DNA of 64,000 nucleotides. Origin: an uncultured Chloroflexia bacterium. Lineage in GTDB: Bacteria; Chloroflexota; Dehalococcoidia; UBA2979. A program made the translations under genes and the position numbers. The DNA lies in NCBI GenBank assembly GCA_963728205.1, contig CAVSIV010000001.1:736001-800000 (forward strand). Direction: 5' to 3'. Shown here in pieces: positions 1 through 9,550 of the stretch (the first letter of the stretch is position 1; every line of letters begins with the position of its first letter). The notes beneath the pieces were generated by a model that searched no databases, was not told the origin of the DNA, and was given only the letters and a program-made list of their open reading frames with translations.

Positions 1-54
1 CGGCGTCGTGCGCTGGGACGTCACCGAGGACTGACGCCGCCGGGAGGCGCGACG

Positions 55-1035
55 ATGGCGGACGCGACGCAGGGCCTCTACGCCTCCGCTCGCTTCTTCG
101 CCCGATTCGACGCCGACCTCAGGCGCATCGAGCAGGCGACGGGCGTCGCGTTCGAGCGCATCGCCGTCCCCGAGGAGGGCCGCCTCGACGAGGCGACGCT
201 CGCGCGCATCGAGCTCGCGTTCTTCTCGGGCGACGTCCAGCAGTCGCCGGCCACGATGCGTCGCTTCTACGGCCCGGTGCGGCTCGCGCGGAACCTGCGG
301 TGGCTGCACGTCGCGCACGCCGGGACCGACGCGCCGATCTACGCGGAGCTGATGGCGCGCGGCGTGCGCGTGACCACGTCGTCGGGCGACACGGCGGTGC
401 CGATCGCGCAGACGGCGATCGCAGGTCTGCTGATGCTGGCGCGCGGCTTCCCGCGCTGGATCGACGCCCAGCGCCGGCATGCGTGGGAGGAGCACCCGCG
501 CGACGCGCTGCCCGACGACCTCGCCGGCCAGACGCTCGTCGTGATCGGCGTGGGTGCGATCGGCAACGAGATCGCGCGGCTGGCGCGCGCGCTGGGCCTG
601 CGCGTGATCGGCGTGCGGCGCAGCCCACAGCGGCCCGAGGACGACGTCGACGAGCTGCGGCCGCCGAGCGCGCTGCCCGACCTCTACCCGCGCGCGCAGT
701 GGCTGGCGATCGCGTGTCCGCTGACCGACGAGACGCGGGGGCTGGTCGACGCGGCGGCGCTCGCCGCGCTGCCGTCGGGGGCGCGCGTGCTCAACGTCGC
801 GCGCGGCGCGATCGTCGACGAGGACGCGCTGATCGCGGCGCTCAGCGCGGGACGGCTCGGCGGCGCGTACCTCGACGTGATGCGCGAGGAGCCGCTGCCG
901 GCGGACTCGCCGCTGTGGGATCTGCGGAACGTCGTCCTCACGCCGCACGACTCGTCGGCGTCGAGCGGCAACGCCGCGCGCACGAACGCGCGGTTCCTGC
1001 GGAACCTCGACCGCTGGGCGCGCGGGGAGTTGTAG
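55..1035 (+). CDS. D-2-hydroxyacid dehydrogenase (NAD-binding)
   Basis: GVGAIG Rossmann motif, NVARG, LDV..EPL and LTPH motifs. Confidence 0.9.
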   Translation: MADATQGLYASARFFARFDADLRRIEQATGVAFERIAVPEEGRLDEATLARIELAFFSGDVQQSPATMRRFYGPVRLARNLRWLHVAHAGTDAPIYAELMARGVRVTTSSGDTAVPIAQTAIAGLLMLARGFPRWIDAQRRHAWEEHPRDALPDDLAGQTLVVIGVGAIGNEIARLARALGLRVIGVRRSPQRPEDDVDELRPPSALPDLYPRAQWLAIACPLTDETRGLVDAAALAALPSGARVLNVARGAIVDEDALIAALSAGRLGGAYLDVMREEPLPADSPLWDLRNVVLTPHDSSASSGNAARTNARFLRNLDRWARGEL

Positions 1036-1079
1036 AGAGCGAGGCCGCGGGGCGGTCGCGCGGCCGTCACTCGCGGCCG

Positions 1080-2078
1080 TCACTCCATCGTCAGCACCGG
1101 GGTGCGCTCGCCGCCTTCGCGGTCCATGCGCTCCAGCGCCGCGTTCGCGTCCGCCAGCGGCGCGGTGTCGTACAGCGTGCGCACGGGGAGCCGCGCGGCC
1201 AGCGCAAGGAACTCGCGCGCGTCGGCGCGCGTGTAGTTCGCGACGCTCTTGATCGACCGCTCGAGCCAGAGCATGTCGTAGTCAAACTGCGGGACGCGGT
1301 CGAGGTGGATCGCGTTGACGACCACCGTCCCCCCGCGATCCATCGCGCGCAGCGCCTCGACGATCACCTCGCCGACCGGCGCGAACGTCACCGCGGCGTC
1401 GAGCGGCACGGGGGGCACGTCGTCGGTGCCGCCGGCCCACGTCGCGCCGAAGTCGCGCGCCTGCCGCTGGCCGGCCTCGCCGCGCGTCACGACGTAGACC
1501 TCGCTGCCCCAGTGCAGCGCGACCTGGATCGCGAGGCGGGCGGAGTTGCCGAAGCCGTACAGGCCGAGGCGCCCGCCGCGCTCGGCGCCGGCGAGCTTGA
1601 GCGCCCGGTACCCGATCACGCCGCCGCAGAGGAGCGGGGCGGCGTCGAGGTCGTCGAAGCCGTCGGGCAGGTGGAAGGCGAAGTCGGCGCGCGACGTCAT
1701 CACGCCGGCGTACCCGCCGTCGCGGTCCCAGCCCGTGAAGCGCGCGTCGCGGCAGAGGTTCTCCACGCCGCGCCGACAGAAGTCGCAGTTGCCGCAGGCC
1801 GACGCGAGCCAGCCGACGCCGGCGCGATCGCCGACCGACCAGCCGTCGACGCCGTCGCCCACGGCATCGACACGGCCGACCACCTGGTGGCCCGGGATCA
1901 CCGGCAGCGCGTGCGCCTGCAGGTCGCCGGTGACGAGCTGGAGGTCGGTGCGGCAGACGCCGCACGCGGTCACGCGCAGGCGCAGTTCGCCGGGGCCCGG
2001 CTCGGGGTCGGCGCGCTCGACCGCGCGAAGTGGCCGCTCCGCGATGGGCGCGGGCCGGGCGAGTTCCTGCGCGTGCAT
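1080..2078 (-). CDS. Zinc-dependent alcohol dehydrogenase family protein
   Basis: C-terminal part of ORF 1080..3425: CGVCRTD, GHQVVG, C-x2-C-x2-C-x7-C structural Zn site, GLYGFG; start placed at the ATG 7 nt after a TAGCAT -10 box (ATG 2087 is an alternative). Confidence 0.88.
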   Translation of the reverse strand: MHAQELARPAPIAERPLRAVERADPEPGPGELRLRVTACGVCRTDLQLVTGDLQAHALPVIPGHQVVGRVDAVGDGVDGWSVGDRAGVGWLASACGNCDFCRRGVENLCRDARFTGWDRDGGYAGVMTSRADFAFHLPDGFDDLDAAPLLCGGVIGYRALKLAGAERGGRLGLYGFGNSARLAIQVALHWGSEVYVVTRGEAGQRQARDFGATWAGGTDDVPPVPLDAAVTFAPVGEVIVEALRAMDRGGTVVVNAIHLDRVPQFDYDMLWLERSIKSVANYTRADAREFLALAARLPVRTLYDTAPLADANAALERMDREGGERTPVLTME

Positions 2079-2128
2079 CGCACCCATGCTACGCGGCACC
2101 CCGATCGCCGCGCCGCGATCGTCACACT

Positions 2129-2232
2129 TCGAGCCGGGAGCGGCAGCGACCGGATCGGCACGGGGCGGGTCCCCGCCGCCGGGGGTATCCGCCGCGGGGG
2201 GCGCGATCCGGTCGCTGCCGCTCCCGGCTCGA
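2129..2232. repeat. Perfect 29-bp inverted repeat (REP-like) between divergent genes
   Basis: TCGAGCCGGGAGCGGCAGCGACCGGATCG at 2129-2157 and its exact reverse complement at 2204-2232. Confidence 0.85.
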
Positions 2233-2273
2233 CGGTGGCGATTGGGATGTGACGGTCCGCTAGCCTCGATCGC

Positions 2274-3341
2274 ATGACGAACCCGCCCGCCGAGCCGCTC
2301 GCGCCCGCCGACGTCCTCGAGCGCATCGCGTTCCGCCTCGAGGTCGCCGGCGCCCCGCGCTACCGGGCGCGGGTCTTCCGGCGCGCGGCCGCCGCCGTCG
2401 CGGCCTGCGACCCGGACGAGCTGCGTGCGCTCGCCGCCGGCGGGCGGCTCGACCGGCTCCCCGGCGTCGGCGCGGTGACGGCCGCGATCGTCGCCGAGGC
2501 GCTGGCGGGCGAGCGGCCGCGCTACCTCGTCGCGCTCGAGGCGGCCGACGCGCGCCTGGCCGCCGAGACCGCGGACGGCGCCGCGCTGTGCGACGCGTTG
2601 CGCGGTGACTGCCACGTGCACTCCGACTGGTCCGACGGCCGCGCCCCGATCCGCGCGATGGCCGAGGCGGCGCGCGACCTCGGGCACGACTACATCGTGC
2701 TCACCGACCACTCGCCCAGCCTCAAGGTGGCGCGCGGCCTCAGCCCCGCGCGGCTGCGCGAGGAGCTCGACGTCGTCGCCGCGCTGAACGCGGAGCTCGC
2801 GCCGTTCCGCATCCTCACCGGCATCGAGGTCGACATCCTGGAGGACGGCGCGCTCGACCAGGAGGACGAGCTGCTCGCGCGGCTCGACGTGGTCGTCGGC
2901 AGCGTCCACAGCAAGCTGCGCATGCCCGCCGCGGCGATGACGGAGCGGCTGGTGGCAGCGCTCGCGAACCCGCACCTCGACGTCCTCGGCCACTGCACCG
3001 GGCGCATGCGCCGCCGGCGCGGCGACCGGCCGGAGTCGGAGTTCGACGCCGAGGCCGTGTTCGCCGCGGCCGCGTGGCACGGGAAGGCGATCGAGGTGAA
3101 CGCGCAGCCCGCGCGTCGCGACCCGCCGCGCCGGCTGATCCGCGCCGCGGCGGCGGCCGGCTGTCGCTTCGCGGTCGACAGCGACGCGCACGTCCCCGGC
3201 GAGCTCGCGTGGCTGCCGTACGCGTGCGATCGGCTCGCGTCGTGCGGCGTCGGCGCGGACCGCGTCGTGAATGCCGGCGACGCGGAGTCGCTGCGCGCGT
3301 GGACGGCCGCGCACGCGACGGCCGCGCCGGAACGCCGCTAG
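2274..3341 (+). CDS. PHP domain protein with PolX-like N-terminal helical/HhH region, no polymerase core
   Basis: HVHSDWSDG, TDHS, GIEVDI, HCTGR and DSDAH PHP motifs; N-terminal LERIAF...LPGVG. Confidence 0.88.
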   Translation: MTNPPAEPLAPADVLERIAFRLEVAGAPRYRARVFRRAAAAVAACDPDELRALAAGGRLDRLPGVGAVTAAIVAEALAGERPRYLVALEAADARLAAETADGAALCDALRGDCHVHSDWSDGRAPIRAMAEAARDLGHDYIVLTDHSPSLKVARGLSPARLREELDVVAALNAELAPFRILTGIEVDILEDGALDQEDELLARLDVVVGSVHSKLRMPAAAMTERLVAALANPHLDVLGHCTGRMRRRRGDRPESEFDAEAVFAAAAWHGKAIEVNAQPARRDPPRRLIRAAAAAGCRFAVDSDAHVPGELAWLPYACDRLASCGVGADRVVNAGDAESLRAWTAAHATAAPERR

Positions 3342-3351
3342 GCTGCCGCGC

Positions 3352-4406
3352 ATGACGTCGCCGCGCCTCGACCTGCCGCTGCAGCCGCCGATCGAGCCGA
3401 TGCTCGCCAAGCGCGTCGACGCCATCCCGGCGGGCGACGGCTGGCTCTACGAGCCGAAGTGGGACGGCTTCCGCGCGATCGTGTTCTTCGACGGCGCGCG
3501 CATCTACCTGCAGAGCCGCGACCGCAGGCCGTTCGCGCGCTACTTCCCCGAGCTCGAGCGGGAGCTGCCGGGGCACCTCGGCGCCGCCGGCGTGTACGAC
3601 GGCGAGATCGTGATCGCCGGCCCGGACGGGCTCGACTTCGACGCGCTGCAGCAGCGCATCCACCCCGCGGCGTCGCGCGTCGCGATGCTGGCCGAGGCGA
3701 CGCCGGCGACGTTCGTCGCGTTCGACCTGCTCGCGACGGCAGAGGCCTCGCTGCTCGCCGCGCCGTTCGCCGAGCGCCGCACGCGGCTCGAGGCGGCGCT
3801 CGCGCACGCGCGCGGCCCGCTGCGCCTCACCCCCGCGACGCGCGACGCCGCGGAGGCAGGCGACTGGTTCGACCGCTTCGAGGGCGCCGGCTTCGACGGC
3901 GTGATCGCGAAGCCGCTCGACGGCGCCTACGAGCCGGGCGTGCGCGCGATGTTCAAGATCAAGCACGTGCGCGACGTCGACTGCGTGGTCGCGGGTCTGC
4001 GCTGGGCGAAGGGCGAAGAGGGCACGGCGGTGGGGTCGCTGCTGCTGGGGCTCTACGACGCGAGGGCACGCTGCAGTACGTCGGGCACACGTCGAGCTTC
4101 AAGGCGCCGGAGCGGCGCGGGCTGGCGCGGGAGCTCGCGTCGCTGTTCAGCGAGGACGAGACGCAGGGCTTCGGCGGCGGTCGCACGCCCGGCGGCGAAA
4201 GCCGGTGGTCGCGCGGCAAGGACACGTCGTGGGTGCGGCTGCGCCCGGAGCTCGTGTGCGAGGTGGCGTTCGACCAGCTGCAGTCGGCGCGCTTCCGCCA
4301 CGGCGCGACATTCCGTCGCTGGCGGCCGGACAAGCCGCCCGAGGCGTGCACGTTCGACCAGCTGGAGGTCGCGCCGCCGGCGGAGCTGGCGCAGCTATTT
4401 GGCTAG
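3352..4406 (+). CDS. ligC: ATP-dependent DNA ligase, LigC-like (single frameshift near 4060)
   Basis: PMLA, EPKWDGFR (KxDG adenylation motif), DGEIV, FDLL, GVIAK, KIKH; C-terminal OB domain (FRHG...WRPDKPP) continues in another frame. Confidence 0.85.
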
Positions 4407-4542
4407 CGGTGAGCAGGGGGCATGCGCCCGCTGTCTCCGGTGGCGTTTTCTTCGCAGCGTCACCTCGGGCCCCGGGGCGCATGAGGCGATCACGTCGCGC
4501 CGGGTCACCCGGTTCGACTCGGGGCCGCCGAGAACAGCGGGC

Positions 4543-5559
4543 TCACGCCCCCTGCTCGCCCTTCCGGCGCCGGCTCGGGGCGACGCGGCGCGGCTCGCCG
4601 GCCGCCTTCGGGAAGTGCGGCGGGTAGGGGGCCTCGCCCTGACCGGCGGCGGCCTGCTCGGCGGCGAGCGCGAGCAGCGGTTCCAGCGAGAACGCCTCGT
4701 CGTCGATGCCGGCCGCGGGGTCGCCGCGCTCGGCGATGCGCGCGGGGACCGTCGCGATGGTGAAGGCGGCCGGGTCGACGGCGGGGACCTCGTCCCAGGT
4801 CAGCGGCGTCGAGACGCGCGCGTCGGGGAGCGCGCGGATGGAGTAGGCGGACGCCATCGTGCGGTCGCGGGCGTTCTGGTTGTAGTCGATGAACACGCCG
4901 TGCCGCTCCTCCTTCCACCAGGCCGTCGTGGCGAGCTCGGGCGCGCGGCGCTCGACCTCGCGGCCGAGCGCGAGCGCCGCGGTGCGCACGTCGGTGAACT
5001 CCCAGCGCGGCTCGATGCGCACGTAGATGTGGATGCCGCGCGAGCCCGACGTCTTCGCGAACGAGCGGTAGCCGAGGCCGTCGAACACCTCGCCGACGAG
5101 CAGCGCGACGCGGCGCACGTCGTCCCACGTCGCCTCGGGCGTGGGGTCGAGGTCGATGCGCAGCTCGTCGGGGTGGTCGACGTCGTCGCGCCGCACCGGC
5201 CACGGGTTGAGGTCGAGGCAGCCGAGGTTCGCGGCCCAGGCGATGTCCGCGACCTCGTCGCAGACGGCCATGTCGGCGTGGCGACCGCTCGGGAAGGTGA
5301 TGCGGGCGGTGGCGACCCAGTCGGGGCGCGCGTCGGGCGCGCGCTTCTGGAAGAAGGGCTCCGCGGCCGCACCGTTGACATAACGCTTGAGCACCATGGG
5401 CCGGTCACGCACGCCGCGCAGGGCGGCCGCGCCGACGGCGACGAAGTAGCGGACGACGTCGAGCTTCGTGTAGCCGTGTTCGGGGAAGAACACCTTCTCG
5501 GGGTTCGTCACGCTCACGGCGCGGTCGCCGACCTCGAGCTCGACGCTGCGTGACGGCAC
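4543..5559 (-). CDS. LigD-type primase-polymerase (stand-alone, Prim-PolC-like)
   Basis: FFQKR, RIDLDP, KTSGSRGIHI, DYNQN, SAYSIR and STPLTW AEP motifs. Confidence 0.92.
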   Translation of the reverse strand: MPSRSVELEVGDRAVSVTNPEKVFFPEHGYTKLDVVRYFVAVGAAALRGVRDRPMVLKRYVNGAAAEPFFQKRAPDARPDWVATARITFPSGRHADMAVCDEVADIAWAANLGCLDLNPWPVRRDDVDHPDELRIDLDPTPEATWDDVRRVALLVGEVFDGLGYRSFAKTSGSRGIHIYVRIEPRWEFTDVRTAALALGREVERRAPELATTAWWKEERHGVFIDYNQNARDRTMASAYSIRALPDARVSTPLTWDEVPAVDPAAFTIATVPARIAERGDPAAGIDDEAFSLEPLLALAAEQAAAGQGEAPYPPHFPKAAGEPRRVAPSRRRKGEQGA

Positions 5560-5722
5560 GGCGGGCTCCTTCCCGGTGCATCGATGCTACGACGGCCGAC
5601 ACGGCGGGCGTGGAGTGTCCCGGCCGCATCGCCGGCCCCGGCTGGTTCCGATCCGACCGCGGCGCCCCCCGCGCCCGTCCTCGGCTTGCTAGCATCCGGC
5701 GCGCTGCGGAGGGGGGACCGCG

Positions 5723-6637
5723 ATGACCGTGACGCTCGACTGGCTGGGCTGCGCGACCTTTCGGCTGACCGTCGATGACCTCGTGCTCTACCTCGACGCC
5801 TACATCGACCGCGTGCCGTCGGCGCCGCCGGTCGGGCTGACCGCCGCCGAGGTCGACCGCGCGGACTTCGTGCTGGTCGGGCACGCGCACTTCGATCACA
5901 TCGCCGGCGCCGAGGTGATCGCGCGCAACACCGGCGCGCGCGTGATCGGGTCGCACGAGAGCATGCGGGTGATGCGCGACGCGGGCGTTTCCGAGGCGCA
6001 GCTGCTGCCGTCGCAGGGCGGCGAGCGTCACCGCCTCGGGCCGGGCGTCACGGTGCGAGTGTTCCCGAGCCTGCACTCGTGCATCTGGGTCGGCGGGTCG
6101 TGGGACGTGACGAAGCCGGTGACCGGCCACGAAGGCCTGACCGAGGACGAGCGCGCCGCCGTCCGCGCCGAGCGCGGCGGCGGCATCGGCGAGCGGCCGG
6201 CGGCGCCGGACCCGCGCGCCGTGGAGGAGATGCGCTCGCACCTGCGCACGGCGACCGGCAGCAGCCACATCGGCGGCGCGCTGGCGTACCTGGTCGAGAC
6301 GCCCGAAGGCAGCGTCTTCTGGCACGACACCTCGGGCTGCTGGACGGGCGTGCTGCGGCGGCTGCATCCCGACGTCGCCATCGTCGCGATGGCCGGCCGC
6401 CCGAACCTCGACGGCGAGCCGATCCAGGGCTCGCTCACGCAGTTCGTCGGCCACGTCGCGGGGCTGATGCAGCCGGGCCGCATCGTGCTCGGGCACCACG
6501 ACGACTGGATGCCGCCGACGACGCACGACATGACGGGGCCGGAAGCGATGGCGGCGGTGCGCGGAGAGCTTGCTGGCGTGGCACCCGGAACGGAGCTGTT
6601 GACGATGGGCTACCGCGAAGGCGTGCGCCTGTTCTAA
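5723..6637 (+). CDS. MBL-fold metallo-hydrolase
   Basis: GHAHFDH motif, SLHS, HDTSG, GHHDD. Confidence 0.88.
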   Translation: MTVTLDWLGCATFRLTVDDLVLYLDAYIDRVPSAPPVGLTAAEVDRADFVLVGHAHFDHIAGAEVIARNTGARVIGSHESMRVMRDAGVSEAQLLPSQGGERHRLGPGVTVRVFPSLHSCIWVGGSWDVTKPVTGHEGLTEDERAAVRAERGGGIGERPAAPDPRAVEEMRSHLRTATGSSHIGGALAYLVETPEGSVFWHDTSGCWTGVLRRLHPDVAIVAMAGRPNLDGEPIQGSLTQFVGHVAGLMQPGRIVLGHHDDWMPPTTHDMTGPEAMAAVRGELAGVAPGTELLTMGYREGVRLF

Positions 6638-6693
6638 CGGACGGCTGCGCGGCGACGGCCACGCTGGGCGGCGACGGCGCGCGACGGCGACCC

Positions 6694-6830
6694 CCGCGAC
6701 CGCGACCGCGACCGCGACCCCGACCGCGACCGCGACGAGGACGGCGAGGTCGGAGGGCCGCAGGCCCTCCGACCTCGCGAGCGGGGCGACGGAGGCTCGC
6801 GCATCAAGTCGGAAGGCCGCAGGCCTTCCG
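6694..6830. repeat. (CCGCGA)n hexamer run followed by two related GC hairpins
   Basis: About 7 CCGCGA-type units at 6694-6737; 16-bp stem at 6744-6778; related 9-bp stem at 6810-6830. Confidence 0.7.
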
Positions 6831-6891
6831 CTCGCCATTTCGGGACGAGCAAGCGGGCTGCGCGCCCGCGCCGAGCATCGAAGGACCGCCA

Positions 6892-8123
6892 ATGACCGCC
6901 CTTGGCCACATCCGCATCTGCGACTTCACCGGCCAGCTCGCCGGGGCCGGCGCGACGAAGTTCCTCGCCGCGTTCGGCGCGCAGGTGATCCGCATCGAGG
7001 ACCCGGTGAACGAGGGCCGCTGGGACATCCTGCGCGGCGGCCAGCCGTTCGTCGACGAGCGCCGCGGCATCAACCTCGGCGGCGCGTTCAACAACCACAA
7101 CGTCGAGAAGCTGGGCGTCACGCTCAACCTGCGCACCGAGCGCGGCCGCGAGCTGCTGCGCGAGCTCGTGCGCATCTCCGACGTCGTCACCGAGAACTTC
7201 GCCGCCGGCGTCTTCGACCGGCTCGGCTTCTCGTACGAGGCCCTGCGCGCGCTGCGACCGGACATCATCTACGTCTCGAACTGCGGCTTCGGCCACTCGG
7301 GTCCGTACCGCGACTTCAAGACGTGGGGCCCGATCGTGCAGGCCGTCTCCGGGCTGACGTTCCAGTCGGGCCTGCCCGACCAGCCGCCGGCCGGCTGGGG
7401 CTACTCGTACATGGACCACACCGGCGGCTACTTCATGGCGATGGCGATCCTGATGGCGCTGCACCACCGCAACGTCACCGGCGAGGGCCAGTGGGTCGAC
7501 ATGGCGTGCACCGAGGCCGGCGCGACGCTGAACGGCCCGGCGATGCTCGACTACACCGTGAACGCGCGGCCGCTGCGCCGGCCGGGCATGCCGAACAGCA
7601 ACCGCAACCAGTTCCCGCCGATGGCGCCGCACGGCATCTACGCCGCCGCCGGCGACGACGACTGGATCGCGCTCTCGTGCCGCGACGACCACGACTGGCG
7701 CGCGTTCGCCGGCGTCGTCGGCGAGCCGTGGGCGAACGACCCGCGCTTCGCCACGCTCGACGGGCGGCTCGCCGCGCAGGACGAACTCGACGCGCTCGTC
7801 GGCGCGTGGACGGCCGCGCGCGAGCGCTTCGCCACCGCGGCGGCGCTGCAGGCTGCCGGCGTGCCGGCCACCGCCGTGCAGCAGCCCGGCGAGCGCGTCG
7901 ACGAGGATGCCGACACCGCGTACTGGGGGCTGTGGCCGACCGTGCACCACTCGGAGATGGGCGACGTGCGGGTCGACGGCCTGCCGGTGCACCTCTCGGC
8001 GACGGACTGGTCGATGAGCGCGGCGCGCCGTGCCTCGGCGAGGACAACGAGCGCGTCTTCGGCGACCTGCTGGGGCTCGGCCGCGACGAGATCGCGTCGC
8101 TGCGCGAGGAGGGTGTGCTGTGA
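6892..8123 (+). CDS. Class III (CaiB/BaiF) CoA-transferase (single frameshift near 8016)
   Basis: RICDFTGQLAG, VTENF, SYMD; C-terminal APCLGEDN lies in another frame. Confidence 0.85.
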
Positions 8124-9367
8124 CCGCATCGCCCGGGAGCGCGCCCTCCGCGCGCGGACCGCTTGCCGACCTGCGTGTCGTCGAGCTGGCGAACGAACGC
8201 ATCGCCTGGGCGGGCAAGCTGCTCGCGGACGCCGGCGCCGACGTCGTGCTGGTGGAGCCGCCCGGCGGCGACGCCATGCGCGCGTGGCCACCGTTCCTCG
8301 ACGACATCCCCGGCGCGGACCGCAGCCTCGCGTTCTGGCACTACCACACCAGCAAGCGTGGCGTGGTCATCGACCTCGACGACGACTCGGGGCGCGACGG
8401 CTACCGGCGCCTCGTCGCCGGCGCCGACCTCGTGATCGACAGCGAGCCTCCGGGGCGGCTGGAGGCGCTCGGGCTCGACGCCGCGACGCTGCGTGCGGCC
8501 GACCCGCGCCTGATCACGGCGTCACTGTGGCCATTCGCACGTGGCGGGCCGCGCGCCGGCGAGGCTGCGACCGACCTCACGCTGCTCGCGGGCGGCGGAC
8601 CGGCGTGGAGCTGCGGCTACGACGACCACTCGCTGCCGCCCGTGCGCGGCGGCGGCTACCAGGGCTACCAGACCGCGTGCCACTACGCGGTGATGGCGGT
8701 GCTCGTCGCGGTGGTCTCGCGCGACCTCACCGGCGCGGGGCAGCACGTCGAGGTCGACATGCACGCCGCGCAGAACGTGACGACCGAGGCGGCGAGCTAC
8801 TCGTGGCTGGTCGCGCAGCAGACCGTGCAGCGCCAGACCGGGCGGCACGCCGGGGTGAACCCGTCGGCACCGTCGCAGGTGCAGTGCGCCGACGGCCGCT
8901 GGGTGAACACGGGCTTCCCGCCGCGCCGCGGGCAGGATTTCCGGCGCATCCTCGAGTGGCTCGACGAGGCCGACCCCGCCGGGGAGTTCACCGCGCGCCC
9001 GCTGCTCGAGCACGGCGCCGAGCGCGAGCGGCTCGATCTGACGCGGATCGCCGAGGACGCGGAGGTGCGCGAGATCTTCGGCGCCGGCCGGGACGCGATG
9101 AACTTTCTCGCCTCGCGGCTCGGCGCCTACGACTTCTTCGCCGGCGGCCAGGCGCGCGGCTTCCAGGTCGGCATCATCTACTCGCCGGAAGAGGTGATCG
9201 AAGACCCGCACTTCGTCGCGCGCGGGTTCCCGGTGCAGGTTGAGCACCCGGAGCTCGGGCGCGCGTTCACCTATCCCGGCGCGCCGTATGTCTTCCACGC
9301 GTCGCCGTGGGCGATCCGCTCGCGTGCGCCGCTGCTCGGCGAGCACGACGCGGAGGTCCTGGGGTAG
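8120..9367 (+). CDS. Class III CoA-transferase (probable partner subunit)
   Basis: LRVVEL, LADAGADVVLVEPPGGD, HTSKRG, APLLGEH; GTGA overlap with the upstream gene. Confidence 0.88.
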   Translation: MTASPGSAPSARGPLADLRVVELANERIAWAGKLLADAGADVVLVEPPGGDAMRAWPPFLDDIPGADRSLAFWHYHTSKRGVVIDLDDDSGRDGYRRLVAGADLVIDSEPPGRLEALGLDAATLRAADPRLITASLWPFARGGPRAGEAATDLTLLAGGGPAWSCGYDDHSLPPVRGGGYQGYQTACHYAVMAVLVAVVSRDLTGAGQHVEVDMHAAQNVTTEAASYSWLVAQQTVQRQTGRHAGVNPSAPSQVQCADGRWVNTGFPPRRGQDFRRILEWLDEADPAGEFTARPLLEHGAERERLDLTRIAEDAEVREIFGAGRDAMNFLASRLGAYDFFAGGQARGFQVGIIYSPEEVIEDPHFVARGFPVQVEHPELGRAFTYPGAPYVFHASPWAIRSRAPLLGEHDAEVLG

Positions 9368-9550
9368 CGCGCCGGCGGCGCGGGGGCGGCATACGCCGCG
9401 TGCTCGCCGCCGGAGGCGCGTTCCCGCGATCGAGCGCGTGCTCGTGCGTCCGGGGCGCGGTTGCTCGAGCACGATGCTTCGCGCTCGCCCATGCGGTGGC
9501 GTCCGACTAGTCTCCTGCACGGCATGCGCCCGTACTGGAAGGAAGCCCGC

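Noticed and set aside
4050-4075. Programmed frameshift in ligC (likewise CoA-transferase near 8016, tadG near 37595, tadB near 41750)
   Set aside because: No slippery heptamer is visible; isolated single-base indels in unrelated genes, together with the indel-rich HACL-like gene, point to sequencing error, although real lesions cannot be excluded without reads
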